The notes beneath the pieces are model-generated. The model saw only the letters and a list, made by a program, of their open reading frames with translations. It made no database searches and had not been told where the DNA came from. A DNA stretch of 63,548 bases, counting the filler, from Reticulomyxa filosa (Eukaryota; Protista; Foraminifera), in the NCBI GenBank assembly GCA_000512085.1. It is 17 parts of 17 records of this genome, joined end to end, with 100 filler letters (N's around TTAATTAATTAA, not from the genome) between each part and the next. Parts side by side here need not be neighbours in the genome. Positions count along the whole stretch, not along the records: positions 60,754 to 62,448 come from ASPP01043782.1; positions 62,549 to 63,548 come from ASPP01036672.1; 15 more parts are not named here. One strand, written 5' to 3'. This document shows, in pieces, positions 62,401 to 63,548 of this stretch; the first letter of the stretch is position 1, and the number at the start of each line of letters is the position of its first letter. Position numbers and translations under genes: made by a program.

Positions 62401-62548
62401 ATACAAGTAACAAAAAACATATGCTTATGTTATCACAACAAAAAAAAANNNNNNNNNNNNNNNNNNNNNNNNNNNNNNNNNNNNNNNNNNNNTTAATTAA
62501 TTAANNNNNNNNNNNNNNNNNNNNNNNNNNNNNNNNNNNNNNNNNNNN

Positions 62549-63150
62549 GTCGTAATTGAACAGTATATTCAGCATATTGTGATATGCATGCAAATTCTAA
62601 ATTGTCTAATCACAATTCGCAATCGATGATCCGATAGATTGTGACATTCGAACCGTTGTCATAATGTTTGTGAAATTTGTAAGACGACAGTCGCCATGGG
62701 ATCCAACATCAACGCCTGCATTTTCGAAATAATATAAATTGGTACATCCAAACGAAATGGGTTAACTTAGATATCGTCCAAATTCATATTAATGTATTTT
62801 TGCTCATCGGTCGCAAGAAAGCTAACTTTTTTCACACGTCGAAAAGAGTCTAAACTGCCTTCATTTGTCGCTTCCGGAATGACTCATGCAATGTATGTAA
62901 AGTCTTGATTCAAATCCAATCCATACTTAATCTGACAAAATATTAAAAGTACGTATCTTCATCGGTCCAATCGAGATTGCTGCTTCCACCTGTCATGGAG
63001 TACTGGTGATGTTGTCTATATTTTGTTTCATCAAATGCAATAAGTCTTGGAGTGCGCTGTGTTCATTTACATTACTGTCATTCGCCGTCTTATTGCTATG
63101 CAAAGTCTCATAAGCTTTGTTTCTCCAAGTTTGTATGCAAAAAAAACAAT
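62549..63150 (-). pseudogene. Coding-like but interrupted sequence, unknown family
   Basis: Balanced composition with scattered stops in every frame. Confidence 0.25.
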
Positions 63151-63548
63151 GTAAGTGTAGCAACTGGGACAACAATACATGCACGTTTACAAAGATACCA
63201 ACAAAAACTCTGTTAGTTACGAAAACGGTCAGAAAGAACTTTAAGGACCACACAAAGAAAAGCCATAAATACCGTTTTCGCTTTGATGAAAAAGATAAAG
63301 ACAAGAAGAAAAAGTTAATTATTAGATAGAACAACTAACAGAGTTTGCAATTACAAAAAAATTCATTCATAAGAGATTTCCTTTTTGTTTTGAACGTTTT
63401 GTTTTTGCCAGCAATACTTTTTTTAATTTGTAATTTCAAATTTATGTTTTAATTTGTTTTGTGTCATTAAAAAATGAAAATATCTTTACAATTGAGATGC
63501 CAAAAAGAATAAATGGAAACAATCTTTTTGAATGTCTTGGTTCCAATT

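Noticed and set aside
1-63548. tRNA, rRNA or CRISPR arrays; alternative genetic code
   Set aside because: No cloverleaf, rRNA motif or repeat-spacer pattern was seen by eye. Long conserved ORFs translate with the standard code and end in TAA, TAG or TGA.

Overview
This window is not one continuous locus. It is about 17 short contigs joined by 16 artificial 100-nt spacers (N-run + TTAATTAATTAA + N-run). Most of it is AT-rich, intron-rich protist DNA. Its gene families, repeats and intron style resemble the foraminiferan Reticulomyxa filosa, but this is my inference and is not verified. Two high-GC bacterial contigs are mixed in (NUDIX + TauD/TfdA; yjcH/DUF485 + actP). Recognisable eukaryotic genes: BRWD/PHIP-like Tudor-bromodomain protein, PH-domain protein, RNF213/mysterin-like giant AAA+ ATPase, TBC Rab-GAP, HOOK-like protein, ubiquitin-like protein, rhomboid protease, Piezo channel, Mps1/TTK kinase with a Bub1-like TPR, TPR protein, C2H2/bromo-like/SAM protein, EMAP/EML WD40 protein, class III nucleotide cyclase, WD40-repeat protein and trypsin-like protease. 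There is also a decayed LINE and a four-copy Tc1/mariner(pogo)-type MITE family with TA target sites. The strongest candidate for an undescribed system is a spliced gene at 47.5-49.6 kb, split across three ORF-track entries. It fuses a CHAT (caspase-like) protease with a predicted His/Cys dyad to a STAND-type NTPase, i.e. an NLR-like protease switch. Other notable signals are introns with T-rich 5' ends and A-rich 3' ends instead of a polypyrimidine tract, and a 25-nt mini-intron. All family assignments come from motif recognition by eye; no searches were run.
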